38,077 nucleotides of DNA from Atractiella rhizophila. Lineage: Eukaryota. Under the pieces are notes generated by a model. That model ran no database searches. It was given only the letters and a program-made list of their open reading frames with translations, and was not told where the DNA came from. Positions 36,627 through 38,077 of the stretch are shown in pieces; position 1 is the stretch's first letter, and each line of letters starts with the position of its first letter. A program made the position numbers and the translations under genes. The stretch covers positions 1 through 38,077 of the forward strand of contig MU271210.1 of NCBI GenBank assembly GCA_021432655.1, read 5' to 3'.

Positions 36627-38077
36627 ATGAGTATTTCAACACGCTTCCTCGCGATCCAAGAGAAGCTATCGACTCCCACTCCTTATCATGCCATTGCAGT
36701 GTTGTTCATGAGTGTGCTGCTTTCAGGTCTTCCTGTCTCTATATTTCCCTTACTTTATCGGTTCCTTGCCTGCAAATATTTTCTTAAGCACCCAGATGAT
36801 GACCATAACTTTACCATCTCTAACAGCCTGCCTATTTCTCAAGATCCTGGTACTACGTTAGTGCGTACTTTTCGCCTCATTCGTCTCAGCGATAGACAGT
36901 TGACAAGTAGGAGCAGCCGGGGGCTTGTAAAACTTTGGAAGTCCAACAATTGGCAGCATCTCTGGCTGTTTGGATCGACACTGCCACATCGATTTGCGCA
37001 TTGCTCTCGCTCACCTTCTTAAGCCAGTTGGTACAAATATGGGGTATGTACCGCCAACTCAACTTAAATTGAGTCGCTCAAACACTCTATAGGTCGAAAG
37101 CGAGTGATTTTACTTTCACTTTTGGCTTACTCTTCTGCTCCTCTCCTCTACATCGCTGCCAGTAAGTACTACTTCTTGTTCTTCAGGTGGAATTTGATTT
37201 GCTACTAGTCTGGACGTCTGGAATGATGCCTTTTGCGTTCTTAATGGCCGCTTGCTTGATGAATGGCCTCTTTTCTGATCAACTGTTCACACTCGCCATT
37301 TACAATTATATTATTGACGCCGTCAACCTTGCCTCCCGTTCTAGCTACTTCGCCTTCGCCATGGGGGTAACTCGTCTGGCTCTCGCAGCATCATCTACTT
37401 TGGGAGGTTGGTCCAGCTCCAAGACTGGGCAAGCACAGCGCCATTCGAGTTGACTGGAAACTGACCATATGGCGCAGCAAACTGACGGCACCTTTTTGGA
37501 TCAGCTTCTTCAGCTTCTTCGGGCTCCTCAGCACCTTCGTTCTGACATTGGTCTTCGTTCCCGAGTCTCTGTCGTCGTGTAGAAGACCAGCGATGTCAGC
37601 ATTCCATCCTGAAAATCGAGAGTCTAATCCAGCGCCAAAATGTACGAATACCATCGTAGCAAAGAAGTTTAAGCTGTCCAACATGCTTGAGAATTTTAAG
37701 AGCCTTCTGCCACAGGACGTGGAAAACGAGCGATCTGGCAAAATCCACAAGGACTATCGCGTTTTCTGTTGCGCGATTGGATGCTTCCTCGCTGATATTC
37801 TGAACTTCAGTGTGGCGCTCCTGGGCCTCAGTATCATGGTAGGTCTGTTCATCACAACCTCAGAAACACGCCGAATTTGGTTTAGAGTCGTATGGGCTTA
37901 GGTTTGAAGGAAGTAGGTTGGGTCATGTCGTATAATATGATTCTCACGGTACACATCCTTTCCCTTTATTTGACTGTCTAGAACGAGTTTTAGGGCTCAT
38001 TTCTCCTCTTTACCTTCCCACTCGTCAGTACATACGGTCGCCAGTATTTCGAGGGCAAGCAACACTCAGATATCTCA
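36627..38077 (+). CDS. MFS transporter, paralog 2 (tandem duplicate; runs off the window end)
   Basis: Colinear with paralog 1 (STPTPYHAIAVLF, YRFLACKY, WGRKRVIL, STLGGWSSSKTG, KDYRVFCCAIGC) with the same intron positions. GC-AG intron at 37429-37477. Confidence 0.85.

Noticed and set aside
84..37901. The many short antisense or overlapping ORFs in the ORF track
   Set aside because: They are shadows of real exons on the opposite strand or read-throughs into introns, with no independent motifs.
1..38077. CRISPR arrays, prokaryotic defence systems, transposase or reverse transcriptase genes
   Set aside because: No repeat-spacer arrays or such domains were seen; the sequence is intron-rich eukaryotic DNA.

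Overview
Gene-dense eukaryotic DNA with many ~45-60 nt introns, most consistent with a basidiomycete fungus. No prokaryotic features such as CRISPR arrays or IS elements are present. Gene order: FMP27/Hobbit lipid-transfer gene (partial; four homopolymer frameshifts and an N-gap), CtBP-like D-2-hydroxyacid dehydrogenase, two peroxisomal enoyl-CoA isomerase paralogs flanking an F-box gene, ING/PHD gene, ALG7, tRNA-Thr(TGT), EDC3, TMEM14, a ~2 kb tandem duplication, a PH-domain gene, a small basic protein, a Mit_KHE1-family gene and two tandem MFS transporters. The most notable signals missing from the ORF track are: (1) two oversized ALG7 introns, one with a clear box C/D snoRNA (snR66-like, 14-nt guide to 25S rRNA) and one with a hairpin-H-hairpin-ACA RNA candidate of unknown target; (2) a mosaic tandem duplication whose truncated TMEM14 copy differs only at synonymous sites; (3) paralog pairs with reciprocal GT/GC donor switches, an intron presence/absence difference and a shared long intron. 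All gene models and folds were worked out by eye; no searches were run.
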